From positions 6,450-70,449 of the forward strand of contig CAYQEE010000008.1 in NCBI GenBank assembly GCA_964416445.1: a stretch of DNA of 64,000 nucleotides, in the 5' to 3' direction. Below, one piece after another: positions 40,131 through 50,087 of this stretch. The notes beneath the pieces are model-generated. The model ran no database searches. It had not been told where the DNA came from and was given only the letters and a program-made list of their open reading frames with translations. Each line of letters opens with the position of its first letter. Position 1 is the stretch's first letter. A program made the position numbers and the translations under genes. This DNA is from an uncultured Gammaproteobacteria bacterium (lineage in GTDB: Bacteria > Patescibacteriota > Microgenomatia > Levybacterales > UBA12049).

Positions 40131-41191
40131 ACGCAATAACCGTTTCTGCACCAGGAAAATTACATCTCCTTGGCGAACATAGTGTTGTCTATGGAAAACC
40201 AGCAATTATCGCAGCGGTTAATAGACGATGCATCGCCTCTCTTTTACCTCATAAGTCAGCAACTATTGTTCTATCTGCCAATACGCAATTGCTCGGAACA
40301 ATATCGTACGAGGAGGTGCAACGAAAAACAAGACAAGCAAATCTTCAATGGAAACGGTTCTCGGAAACGAATAATCCCAAAATTCTCAATGATATTATTC
40401 AAAATCCTTGTGATTTCATGAGTCTCTGTATTGGGGAAACATTGAGCTTCTATCATCGAACGCTTCCATCAGGATTTGTGCTCTCGATTTCCTCGACTAT
40501 ACCGTTAGGTTCTGGAATGGGATCATCATCAGCTGTTGCTGTATCTATTGCCGGAGCAGTGAGCCTTTTTCTTAAAGAATCGTTGGATAAAGTGTGTATC
40601 AATAGCATTGCTTATGCAATTGAGGAAAAAAAACATGGTTTTCCCTCAGGAGGCGATAATACTGCGAGTTGTTATGGTGGCTGTATATGGTATCAAAAAA
40701 TGGCACCGAATAAAAAGAATATATCGCAACTTACTATTCGTTTCTCTGAAAAAATCGCGAAAAAGTTTATCATTATCCAAACAGGAATTCCTGAAGAATC
40801 TACCGGGGAAATGGTGAGTATGGTGAAAACAGCATATCAGCAAAATCCAAGTCGGATTGAAGCAATTTTCAATCATCAAGCAGAACTTGTTAAGCAATTG
40901 CCGAAAGCAATACACGAGAATAATGAAGAAGCCTTTATGCACATTATCAAGGAAGGTGAAAAAAATCTTACACAGTTGGGTGTCGTTTCTGAATCAACCC
41001 GAAAACTGATACAAAGAATAGAGGCAATACAGGGTGTTGCAAAAATATGTGGTGCAGGTGGATATAAACATGCCTCTGGAATTGTTCTTGCATTTCATTC
41101 CCAATTAGAAGTCCTGACAACGATGCTTAAGCAAAATAATATCGCATATTCACCAATTCATTTAGGAGAAGAAGGGCTACGTCAAGAGTAA
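40127..41191 (+). CDS. mvk: Mevalonate kinase (GHMP kinase)
   Basis: APGKLHLLGEHSVVYGKPAI, PLGSGMGSSSA, HGFPSGGD, KICGAGG. Confidence 0.85.
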   Translation: MNAITVSAPGKLHLLGEHSVVYGKPAIIAAVNRRCIASLLPHKSATIVLSANTQLLGTISYEEVQRKTRQANLQWKRFSETNNPKILNDIIQNPCDFMSLCIGETLSFYHRTLPSGFVLSISSTIPLGSGMGSSSAVAVSIAGAVSLFLKESLDKVCINSIAYAIEEKKHGFPSGGDNTASCYGGCIWYQKMAPNKKNISQLTIRFSEKIAKKFIIIQTGIPEESTGEMVSMVKTAYQQNPSRIEAIFNHQAELVKQLPKAIHENNEEAFMHIIKEGEKNLTQLGVVSESTRKLIQRIEAIQGVAKICGAGGYKHASGIVLAFHSQLEVLTTMLKQNNIAYSPIHLGEEGLRQE

Positions 41192-41251
41192 CTTCGCGAA
41201 AATACTAAATCTGGAAATGAAATGAGAGGAGATGTTTCGTACCTTTTAAAA

Positions 41252-43090
41252 TTACTGCGTAATGGGAAGTAAACTAAAGCGAATGTGTGAATTACCTTGT
41301 CCATAAGGAACCTCTGGCCACATGAGAGGAATGATATTATTAGAAACCATTAGTGGTAATTGAATCATAGAACCATCTGGAAAATTCCAGAAGCATCGAT
41401 TTGTTGGCGCTGTGGTGTATGGTGTCGTTACCCGGGCACGAATATAGTAGTAGCTTCCTGGAGCATTCGTTGTATCAAGTACAGTTTGTTGCCAATCAGA
41501 GGGAGGAGTAAACATGAGTCCATAACCATACGCTCGGTTACTTGTAAAATTAGGATTATATGAACTTTCTGGATTTGAGAGTGGTGCCCAAGCTGTTCCA
41601 TTCCAATATTCATAAACGACTGTTCCTCCCACACCTGCTGTTTGCATAATTCCGGTAATTGCTCGATATGGTTGTGTTCCTCCAAAGTAAATTACGTCAT
41701 TACTCTTTGACACTATAGGTGTTGTGATTGCACAAGTCAGTGCAGTCTGATCAACGTAAGCACTGGTACTCCCGGATTGTGTGTAGATTCTGTTAAATAA
41801 ACCATCTTCTGGGTTGACGAGCTTTGGGGAAGAAAAATTGTTAGCTGCAAATGGTGGTGTACCGATTCGATATGCGTATGTGCCAAGAGCAGTTGAACTG
41901 AATCCCATTCCTTGTACAGGAGGACAGTTACTGCCAAAACATATTTGGTGCGCATTTGCAGACACCGGTCTACTCCCATAAAATACATAGACATTAGTTC
42001 CATCAGTAGTAATGGATGGATAAGCATTTGCAAGAATTCCACCATCCATGTTTACTTGTGAACTCCAATTACTCGTTGACGAATTGTAATACATATATTG
42101 AATTTGAGATCCAGAACTTTCTCCTGTCAAACTAAAGACGAAATGGACATTTCCCGCATTATCTGCTACCGCTTGAAAATCAGGGTCAATATTTTGCGTC
42201 GTGGTAATTTGACTTTCGGAACTCCAAGTATTTGGATCATCAGTATCATTTCGGTATCTCCATACAAATGCTGGGGTAGATGTTGAATAAATTATCCCAA
42301 TTTTATTGCCAAAATGAACAATAACGGGAATACTTGCAAGAGAGCTCGTTGCAGGTTGTGAAGATAATGTCATACTATGCGTCCATGTCGGTGTGGAAGT
42401 GAGATCAGAAGCGTAGTATGCATCTGCAGTAATTGTATTATTAGTCTTATTTGTTGTTTGTACTGCCATCCAAAGTCTATTAGCACTATCAATTGAAAGT
42501 ACTGCTTGCGCATAACCTATTTGGCCTTGAATATAGGGAAGAGCAACTTGTTCTGGACCAATAGTCCATGTTGATCCTGTTTTTGTTAATTTTCTAAATG
42601 CTACTCCTGTAGCCTGATAGTTGAGGAGAGAATACACGAGGTAAATATTGTCGCTACTATCAATTACAGCTGAGGGAAACGTATATGCGCCTTGTAAAAG
42701 ACTTTGTATGTACCCACTACATTGCCAGGTTGTTCCATTATTTGTCGAAGTGAACCACATCAATCCATTCAGTTGCCCTTTTGGAGCTGCAGGACAATTA
42801 TTATTGACTGCATAGGTTTGAACGAAGGTATGTAATGTACCATCAGATGTTTGAATGAGATCTCGGTTATTGATTTGACCAATGCCCTGATGTCCTGCTG
42901 ATTGGGCAACGTTAATTAATGTATTTGAAGATGCTTGTACCGGTTTTGTTTTAATGATACTGAGAATAAGGCCGACAGCAATGATACTACAAATGCCAAT
43001 TGAAGTGAAAAGTACGATTAAATGTTTCTGAATTCCCCATGGTGATTTATTTCCTTTAATCTTCTTTACTTTTTTTGCTTTCCTCGCCAT
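41252..43090 (-). CDS. Exported beta-propeller protein with Asp-box/BNR-like motif (sialidase-like fold)
   Basis: Basic N-terminus plus TM; WFTSTNNGTTW; repeated IDSSDNIYLVY / ADNAGNVHFVF blades; C-terminal YEYWNGTAW domain. Confidence 0.65.
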   Translation of the reverse strand: MARKAKKVKKIKGNKSPWGIQKHLIVLFTSIGICSIIAVGLILSIIKTKPVQASSNTLINVAQSAGHQGIGQINNRDLIQTSDGTLHTFVQTYAVNNNCPAAPKGQLNGLMWFTSTNNGTTWQCSGYIQSLLQGAYTFPSAVIDSSDNIYLVYSLLNYQATGVAFRKLTKTGSTWTIGPEQVALPYIQGQIGYAQAVLSIDSANRLWMAVQTTNKTNNTITADAYYASDLTSTPTWTHSMTLSSQPATSSLASIPVIVHFGNKIGIIYSTSTPAFVWRYRNDTDDPNTWSSESQITTTQNIDPDFQAVADNAGNVHFVFSLTGESSGSQIQYMYYNSSTSNWSSQVNMDGGILANAYPSITTDGTNVYVFYGSRPVSANAHQICFGSNCPPVQGMGFSSTALGTYAYRIGTPPFAANNFSSPKLVNPEDGLFNRIYTQSGSTSAYVDQTALTCAITTPIVSKSNDVIYFGGTQPYRAITGIMQTAGVGGTVVYEYWNGTAWAPLSNPESSYNPNFTSNRAYGYGLMFTPPSDWQQTVLDTTNAPGSYYYIRARVTTPYTTAPTNRCFWNFPDGSMIQLPLMVSNNIIPLMWPEVPYGQGNSHIRFSLLPITQ

Positions 43091-43212
43091 ACACTCCAAA
43101 TATATAGGTTTTTATTGATTAAGTCAATAAATACTTTCACGAGAAGTACGCTTATACTATATATAGTATTGACAGAGAAACGACTTGTTTGAGAGAATGA
43201 GGAAAAGTTAAC

Positions 43213-44190
43213 ATGAAAGGTATTACCATTTCAGCTCCAGGGAAATTAATGTTGCTTGGAGAACATGCCGTTGTTTATGAACGGCCCTGTCTCGTTACTG
43301 CTGTCGATCAACGAATGTATGCAAAGGTTGAAATGATCGATACTCCAGAATTACAAATCGAAGCAAATGATGTCCACGTTTCAGGATATAGCAAATCATT
43401 CATTGAATTAGGTAAAGGAGATGTCCCAAAAGGAGCAAAGTTTATCGAATATGCTTTGAAAAATATGATTGATAAATATCAATTTAAAACAGGGTATAAA
43501 ATAACAACAAGATCAGAGTTTTCTTCACAATTTGGTTTTGGTTCATCTTCAGCTGCAACCGTTTGTACTATTTATGCAATTTCAGAATTACAGGAACTTC
43601 ACTTAACTCCTCGTGATGTTTTTGATATTGCCTATAAAACGGTGTTAGATGTACAAGGAAAAGGTTCAGGTTTTGATGTTGCTGCCGCTGTATATGGGGG
43701 AACACTTCATTTTGTCACTGGGGGAGAACTCATTGAACAACTTGGTATAAAAAATCTCCCTGTGATTGTTGGATATAGTGGTATAAAGGCAGACACCGTA
43801 ACGCTCATGAATCAAGTAAAAGCAAAAGCTGATAAATATCCCGAAGTGATTGAAGAAATTTATAATGATATTGAAGATATCGTTATGTTTGCAAAAGAAT
43901 CATTACTTGACAATACCTGGCAGTCGCTTGGTGAGCTTATGAATTTTAATCAAGGTTACTTAGAAGCATTAGGGGTGAGCACCAAAAAATTAGCTACTAT
44001 GATTTATGCAGCGCGTGATGCAGGGGCCTATGGAGCGAAACTTTCAGGAGCTGGTGGGGGAGATTGTATTATTGTTGTTGCACCTGAAGATAAAAAAGAA
44101 GCTGTGAGTACTGCCATCACTGAAGTAGGAGGAGAAGTTATTCCCGTAAAAACAAATGCTCAAGGCGTTAGAATAGAACCAAGTGAATAA
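43213..44190 (+). CDS. GHMP kinase, probably phosphomevalonate kinase
   Basis: APGKLMLLGEHAVVY, FGFGSSSAATV, VQGKGSGFDVAAAVYGG, KLSGAGGGDC (PMK-type motifs); adjacent to mvaD. Confidence 0.78.
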   Translation: MKGITISAPGKLMLLGEHAVVYERPCLVTAVDQRMYAKVEMIDTPELQIEANDVHVSGYSKSFIELGKGDVPKGAKFIEYALKNMIDKYQFKTGYKITTRSEFSSQFGFGSSSAATVCTIYAISELQELHLTPRDVFDIAYKTVLDVQGKGSGFDVAAAVYGGTLHFVTGGELIEQLGIKNLPVIVGYSGIKADTVTLMNQVKAKADKYPEVIEEIYNDIEDIVMFAKESLLDNTWQSLGELMNFNQGYLEALGVSTKKLATMIYAARDAGAYGAKLSGAGGGDCIIVVAPEDKKEAVSTAITEVGGEVIPVKTNAQGVRIEPSE

Positions 44191-44238
44191 CAAGCAGTCT
44201 AGTTGTCTTAAGCTGCCTTCTAAGAAAGTTATCATTGT

Positions 44239-45216
44239 ATGAAATCAACAGCAATTGCCCCTTCTAATATAGCTTTTATAAAATACTGGGGAACAAAAAA
44301 TGATCTCTTACGACTTCCAAAAAACGGAAGTATTTCTATGAATTTAAGCAATCTCCTTACAACGACAACAGTAGAATTTAATACAACATTTCCCGAGGAT
44401 TCAATAACCCTTAATGGAATCAGAGAAGAACGTGAAGGCAATCGCGCCATAAAACATTTAGACAGAATAAGACAATTGGCTCAAATCAAGACGAAAGCAA
44501 AAATTGTAACCCAAAATAATTTTCCTATAGGTACGGGATTATCATCGTCAGCATCGGGATTTGCAGCATTAACTGTTGCGGGTGCAAAAGCTGCAGGTCT
44601 TTCTTTATCTGAAAAGGAATTATCAATTCTTGCCCGACAGGGATCTGGATCAGCTTGCCGATCAATACCTAACGGATTTGTTGAATGGCTTGATGGGGAT
44701 ACCAGCGATACTTCTTACGCTATTTCTTTATATCCTGCGGACTATTGGGATATCGTTGATGTTGTTGCTGTAGTCAGTAAGGATAAAAAAGAAGTTAGTA
44801 GTAGTGAAGGCCATAAACTTGCCATCTCCAGTTTATTTTATGAAAAACGTTTGGAAATCAATAAAGAAAAAATGGTATTAACCAAACAATATCTCCAAGA
44901 ACGGAATTTTCAAAAATTCGGAGAACTTATTGAAGCAGAAGCATTAGAACTGCATGCTATTTATATTACCTCGCAGCCATCCTTGCTTTATTTATTGCCT
45001 GGAACATTGCATGTTATGCATTTAGTAAAAAAATGGAGACAAGAAGGATTACCTGTCTATTTCACCTTAAATACTGGGCAAGATATTCATTTGATATGTG
45101 AAAAGAAATATGCACAAGAGGTCGCGAAAATAGCTCAAAATGTTTCCGAAGTGCAGAAAGTAATTATCAATACGACAAGTAATGGTGCACGATTAGTTAA
45201 CGAACATTTATTCTAA
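44239..45216 (+). CDS. mvaD: Diphosphomevalonate decarboxylase
   Basis: NIAFIKYWG, NNFPIGTGLSSSASGFAAL, ARQGSGSACRS, K.VSSSEG. Confidence 0.95.
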   Translation: MKSTAIAPSNIAFIKYWGTKNDLLRLPKNGSISMNLSNLLTTTTVEFNTTFPEDSITLNGIREEREGNRAIKHLDRIRQLAQIKTKAKIVTQNNFPIGTGLSSSASGFAALTVAGAKAAGLSLSEKELSILARQGSGSACRSIPNGFVEWLDGDTSDTSYAISLYPADYWDIVDVVAVVSKDKKEVSSSEGHKLAISSLFYEKRLEINKEKMVLTKQYLQERNFQKFGELIEAEALELHAIYITSQPSLLYLLPGTLHVMHLVKKWRQEGLPVYFTLNTGQDIHLICEKKYAQEVAKIAQNVSEVQKVIINTTSNGARLVNEHLF

Positions 45217-46094
45217 CGAGTCCACCGTGCAAATATTCCCGTTGATAGGAGGCGATTTGCATGTTGTTCTTGTAAGGTAAGCTCTCCTACCGTTATGTTT
45301 CCTTTAAGATCAGAGAAGTAATCCTCGAACACATTTTGGAGCATTATTGCAGATGATGATATTGCGTACGCATTGACTAAAATAAAAAGTGGTTTTTCCG
45401 TGAGAATTTGCCGGCATATCTGAAGTAATTTTGGAAAATGCTCATTAAATTTCCATACTTTTCCATCTGGTCCATGTCCGAAGATCGGAGGGTCCATGAT
45501 TATTGCATCATATCTTACTCCACGATGTATTTCCCTTTGGGTGAATTTCATTGCATCATCAAGTATCCATCGAATAGGTTTATCAGAAAGATTACTCATT
45601 TCTTGGTTCTCTCGCGCCCATCCTATTGCAGGTCGTGAAGCATCGACGTGGGTAACTTTTGCTCCTGCTTGGGCTGCCACTAATGACGCTATTCCTGTAT
45701 AAGCAAAAAGATTTAATACATGGGGAATATCTGATTGATTTTGCGTAGCTTGTTGGAGAGTTTCAGAGATGAAATGCCATTGTTGCGATTGTTCTGGAAA
45801 AACACCGGTATGTTTAAAAGGAGTTAATTTTACTTGGAAGGAAAGATCGTGAAAATGCATTATCCAACTATTTGGTAGTTGATTGTTTTTTTTTATCCAG
45901 TTTCCCTTGTCATAGGTTGTTCGTTGATAAATACCATCTGCAGTTTCCCATATAGAATAGGGTTGTTTTCGTTTCCATATAATTTGTGGATCTGGTCTAC
46001 TTAAAATATAGTTGCCAAACTTTTCTAATCGATATCCATCACCACTATCTAATAAAGCATAATCATCCCATCCTTTTGTTATTTCTATCTGCAT
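45213..46094 (-). CDS. Class I SAM-dependent methyltransferase (RlmI/RlmK-related)
   Basis: YALLDSGDG..LEKFG, FKHTGVFPEQ, VLNLFAYTG, HVDAS, IIMDPPIFG. Confidence 0.9.
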   Translation of the reverse strand: MQIEITKGWDDYALLDSGDGYRLEKFGNYILSRPDPQIIWKRKQPYSIWETADGIYQRTTYDKGNWIKKNNQLPNSWIMHFHDLSFQVKLTPFKHTGVFPEQSQQWHFISETLQQATQNQSDIPHVLNLFAYTGIASLVAAQAGAKVTHVDASRPAIGWARENQEMSNLSDKPIRWILDDAMKFTQREIHRGVRYDAIIMDPPIFGHGPDGKVWKFNEHFPKLLQICRQILTEKPLFILVNAYAISSSAIMLQNVFEDYFSDLKGNITVGELTLQEQHANRLLSTGIFARWTR

Positions 46095-46233
46095 ACGATA
46101 AATATATTCATTGATTTATATCTTTTTTCAAAAGAATGGAAAGTTAGCGAGACGATTTTCATATTGTTATTATAGTGTAATAATACATTTTTGTATAACT
46201 GAATAATATCTTGTTAAAATTGTATTTTGGGTA

Positions 46234-46262
46234 TTGACGACTTTTAAAAAGTATTGTATCAT
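46234..46262 (+). promoter_or_regulatory. Putative sigma70 promoter of tuf
   Basis: TTGACG(46234-39), 17 bp, TATCAT(46257-62). Confidence 0.65.
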
Positions 46263-46308
46263 TCTTTTAGTCTCAATCAATTGAGACATTATTTTTTGAA
46301 ATATATAT

Positions 46309-47493
46309 ATGGCGGATACAAAATTTCATCGAAACAAACCACATTTAAATATTGGAACCATTGGTCATGTTGATCATGGTAAAACAACAACTACTGCAGC
46401 AATTGCAACAGTACTTGCAAAACAAGGATTAGCAACCGCAAAAAAATACGAAGATATAGATAATGCTCCCGAGGAAAGAGCTCGTGGAGTTACTATTAAT
46501 ATTTCCCACATTGAATACGAAACTGCAAAAAGACATTATGCACATATTGATGCTCCTGGTCATGCAGATTACATTAAGAACATGATTACCGGGGCAGCAC
46601 AAATGGATGGAGCGATTCTGGTAGTCTCAGCACCAGATGGACCAATGCCTCAAACACGGGAACATATTCTCTTAGCTCGACAAGTAGGAGTTCCTGCAAT
46701 TGTTGTCTATCTTAATAAATGTGATATGGTTCAAGATCCAGAGCTTCTTGATCTTGTCGAAATGGAAGTTCGAGAGTTGTTGACCAAATATCAATATCCA
46801 GGAAATGATGTACCCATAATTCGGGGATCTTCTCTGAAAGCACTTGAAGGTGATGCTGAATATGAAAAGAAGATTATTGAACTTATGGATGCTGTTGATA
46901 GTTATATTCCAACACCAGTTCGAGAAACAGATAAACCATTCTTAATGCCGGTAGAAGATGTTTTCTCAATTAAAGGACGAGGAACAGTAGTAACAGGAAG
47001 AATTGAAAGAGGAACAGTTAAAATTAACGAAGCGGTAGAAATCGTTGGAATGAAAGCAACTCAGCAAACAGTTGTTACGGGAGTTGAAATGTTCAGAAAA
47101 CAGCTCGATGAAGGTCAAGCAGGAGATAATGTTGGTCTTTTAGTTCGAGGTATTGAAAAAAGTCAAGTAGAACGAGGACAAGTTTTAGCTAAACCAGGTT
47201 CAATTACTCCACACACAGAGTTTGAAGCAGAAGTATACATTTTAGCAAAAGAAGAGGGTGGAAGACATACTCCATTCTTTACAGGTTATCGTCCGCAATT
47301 TTATATTCGAACAACTGATGTCACAGGTAACGTTACGCTTCCTCAAGGGGTAGAAATGGTTATGCCAGGTGACAATACAAAAATGAATGTAAAGCTTATC
47401 GTTCCCGTTGCTCTTGAAGATGGTCTTCGGTTTGCAATCAGAGAAGGTGGCAAGACAGTCGGAGCAGGAGTAATTACAAAAATTATTGCATAA
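46309..47493 (+). CDS. tuf: Elongation factor Tu
   Basis: [36 protein letters not shown]. Confidence 0.99.
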   Translation: MADTKFHRNKPHLNIGTIGHVDHGKTTTTAAIATVLAKQGLATAKKYEDIDNAPEERARGVTINISHIEYETAKRHYAHIDAPGHADYIKNMITGAAQMDGAILVVSAPDGPMPQTREHILLARQVGVPAIVVYLNKCDMVQDPELLDLVEMEVRELLTKYQYPGNDVPIIRGSSLKALEGDAEYEKKIIELMDAVDSYIPTPVRETDKPFLMPVEDVFSIKGRGTVVTGRIERGTVKINEAVEIVGMKATQQTVVTGVEMFRKQLDEGQAGDNVGLLVRGIEKSQVERGQVLAKPGSITPHTEFEAEVYILAKEEGGRHTPFFTGYRPQFYIRTTDVTGNVTLPQGVEMVMPGDNTKMNVKLIVPVALEDGLRFAIREGGKTVGAGVITKIIA

Positions 47494-47516
47494 GCAATAA
47501 GGAAAAATAAAAATAT

Positions 47517-47538
47517 CCGCCTATATGGCGGTTTTTTT
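47517..47538 (+). terminator. Intrinsic terminator after tuf
   Basis: CCGCC-TATAT-GGCGG followed by T7. Confidence 0.7.
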
Positions 47539-47584
47539 ATCTAGAGCACTTTAAATTTATCATTGGGAGTTATATAATAACATT

Positions 47585-47893
47585 ATGCCAAAAGGAAGAA
47601 TTCGAGTACGATTAAAAAGTTATGACGCACGAGTAATCGATACGTGCTGTCAGCAGATCCTTGACACTGCCATTAGAACGGGTGCTAAAGTTATTGGCCC
47701 AGTACCACTTCCAACTGATAGAAGCGTTTACACCGTGAATAAATCACCTTTTGTTGATAAAAACGCTCGAGATCACTTTGAAATTCGAATACATAAACGA
47801 TTAATTGATATTGTCAGTCCTACAGAAAAAACGATGGATAGTCTCTCTCATCTCGAACTTCCAGCCGGAGTTGATGTTGAAATCCGCATGTAA
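47585..47893 (+). CDS. rpsJ: 30S ribosomal protein S10
   Basis: IRVRLKSYD, GPVPLPT, HKRLIDI, LPAGVDVEI. Confidence 0.98.
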   Translation: MPKGRIRVRLKSYDARVIDTCCQQILDTAIRTGAKVIGPVPLPTDRSVYTVNKSPFVDKNARDHFEIRIHKRLIDIVSPTEKTMDSLSHLELPAGVDVEIRM

Positions 47894-47940
47894 ACCTCAT
47901 AATTTCCAAGAGAATTGTACTCGTGTGATAAAATAGTCGC

Positions 47941-49119
47941 GTGCAAGGAGAACGTTTACGCTGGTATCAGCCTATAATTAGGGATTTGCAAGGTAATAGA
48001 GGGTTACAGTGGCAATACCAGTTGAAAATTCTTAAGGAGAATAAAACGGAACTAACTGCACCCAGAATAATTCAGTTTCGTAATTATGGCATCGAATCTC
48101 CCCTTATTGCCCGTTCGTTGATTGCGTTATCACAGTTGCACGTCTTGCCAATTGATAGCTTAGAAGTACGTCTCCAGCGTTATCAGAGTTTAAGACAAAG
48201 TCATCCGGAAATTTTATTAGAAGAACAGAACAAGCCGATTAGTACTTTTTTGCAGCATACCCAACCATATCAGGATCCAACGCTTATGAGCAGGTTTTCT
48301 GAATCTGCAAAGTTAACAGGCGAGACGTTAAGAACTCTTGGGATTGCAGCTTACCCTGACTATATAAGCTTTTTTGATACGTTAGCTTCGTTACCTGATC
48401 CTCGGCATATGCAACAAGCTTTGCAAACTATTGATTCATTCGTGTCTTTTTATACCATCTCTCGCCATGTTGTTCTCAACGTCTGTGAAGCAGTTACTAA
48501 AAAATTTGCTAAACGATTTCACAACCCATTTGTCTATACTGCTCGCCGGCGAGCACAGTTTAAAAAAGAGTTATCTCATAATGATGATCCTGAGGCGCAA
48601 TGGAGAAAGATAACATATGGTCAGGGAAAACTAGTGAGACGTGGATTTATGATCTATCTTGACTCAGTGGCACATTTTAAGCGTGATTATGAGTCACTTT
48701 TCAGTTTAGCAAACCCTCGTCGAAATCAACAGCAGAATCTGTCAAAAGAGCTACAAAAAGCACTCCATGCAATCTATATTGGTGAAATTTATAGTGGTAT
48801 TCAGTTTCTTTTTCAAGCAAATTTAGAAGGGCGTTTGCCTGCCCAAAATGATAGAGTACAAGAACGAAGCTATTCAACGTATAGAGAGGGAGAATCTGAG
48901 GAACAACCACTGATAGAGGAATGGGTACGTCGTGTACGTCAACAAGGTGGAAGGCAGCGAAACCTCAAAGCTGTAGAAGATGATGAAGCGCGAAGTGTTG
49001 TGTTCCCTACAGTTGCATTAGGAAATGACATGTCTACGCTTGGTATGTGTCCTTTTTTTGAGGTAGGATGGGAACATGAACCGTTTGGTAGTGGCGATAT
49101 TCCAAATTCTTTGGACTAA
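47941..49119 (+). CDS. Hypothetical protein (orphan inserted between rpsJ and rplC)
   Basis: 392-aa ORF; GTG start 6 nt after TG-n-TAAAAT; no family recognised. Confidence 0.6.
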   Translation: MQGERLRWYQPIIRDLQGNRGLQWQYQLKILKENKTELTAPRIIQFRNYGIESPLIARSLIALSQLHVLPIDSLEVRLQRYQSLRQSHPEILLEEQNKPISTFLQHTQPYQDPTLMSRFSESAKLTGETLRTLGIAAYPDYISFFDTLASLPDPRHMQQALQTIDSFVSFYTISRHVVLNVCEAVTKKFAKRFHNPFVYTARRRAQFKKELSHNDDPEAQWRKITYGQGKLVRRGFMIYLDSVAHFKRDYESLFSLANPRRNQQQNLSKELQKALHAIYIGEIYSGIQFLFQANLEGRLPAQNDRVQERSYSTYREGESEEQPLIEEWVRRVRQQGGRQRNLKAVEDDEARSVVFPTVALGNDMSTLGMCPFFEVGWEHEPFGSGDIPNSLD

Positions 49120-49204
49120 ACCCTGTCCGAGAAAGGAAAATATAACCCGAAATGAGAAGATTAATTACTCCTTTTTGATTGAGAAGTTCACGTCTGCCTG
49201 CCTC

Positions 49205-49233
49205 TTGCGATCTTCTTACTACTTTGATACAAT
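49205..49233 (+). promoter_or_regulatory. Putative promoter of the rplC operon
   Basis: TTGCGA(49205-10), 17 bp, TACAAT(49228-33) with extended TG. Confidence 0.6.
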
Positions 49234-49318
49234 TATTTCCACGTACCATGATTCAAAAAATCAGGGGAGAAAGATTTAAAAAGTAAGCGAATCGGGACCA
49301 AATTTCTGTAATGAGAAG

Positions 49319-49341
49319 AGTGGCTCGACAGCCACTTTTTT
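49319..49341 (+). promoter_or_regulatory. Terminator-like hairpin in the rplC 5' leader
   Basis: AGTGGCT-CGAC-AGCCACT plus T run, ending ~13 nt before the rplC ATG. Confidence 0.55.
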
Positions 49342-49354
49342 GTTGTTAAATACT

Positions 49355-50077
49355 ATGATACATGCACTAGTTGGAAGAAAACAAACACAAACGCAAAAGT
49401 TTCTAACAGATGGAACTCGAATTCCTGTTACCTTTATTGAAGTACAGCAAAATCCCGTTCTTATGGTAAAAACCGCAGATAAACACGGGTATGTTGCTGT
49501 CCAAGTAGGGTATGGGAAACGAAAACACGGCAATAAAGCAGAATTAGGACATGCAAAAAAAGGAGCAAATTTAGAATATGCTCCTTATTTTTTGTCAGAA
49601 ATTCGAATGGCGAATGATGTCAAAGTAGATGAATTGCCAAAAATCGGAGAGACCATATCTGCACCAAGTGTTTTTGAACCAGGTGATCTTGTAAATGTAA
49701 CGGGAACTTCAAAAGGAAAAGGATTTGCAGGAGGAGTAAAACGGTATCATTTTAAAGGGGGACCGAGAACTCACGGTCAGTCAGATCGAGAAAGAGCTCC
49801 CGGTTCTATTGGTCAAACAACAACACCAGGAAGAGTATATAAAGGAAAACGAATGGCTGGTAAGATGGGATTTGAACAAGTCACGGTACAAAATCTTGAA
49901 GTTGTTGCCGTTTCAGATGCAGGTATTGAGCTGAAAGGCTTGGTTCCAGGATTTCCCGGATCATACATTATCATTAAAAAAGTTGGTAAAAACAAAAAGT
50001 TTATTCCACTTCTTATTGAAGAAAAAATAAAAACACCGAGTTCTGCAAATGAACCAGTAGCAGAAACAGCAGCATAA
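49355..50077 (+). CDS. rplC: 50S ribosomal protein L3
   Basis: GTSKGKGFAGGVKR, HGQSDRERAPGSIG, GKRMAG. Confidence 0.98.
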   Translation: MIHALVGRKQTQTQKFLTDGTRIPVTFIEVQQNPVLMVKTADKHGYVAVQVGYGKRKHGNKAELGHAKKGANLEYAPYFLSEIRMANDVKVDELPKIGETISAPSVFEPGDLVNVTGTSKGKGFAGGVKRYHFKGGPRTHGQSDRERAPGSIGQTTTPGRVYKGKRMAGKMGFEQVTVQNLEVVAVSDAGIELKGLVPGFPGSYIIIKKVGKNKKFIPLLIEEKIKTPSSANEPVAETAA

Positions 50078-50087
50078 GGAGACTATT

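Noticed and set aside
44193-44219. Weak hairpin between the PMK-like kinase and mvaD
   Set aside because: Imperfect stem and no U-tract; insufficient support for a terminator or regulatory RNA.
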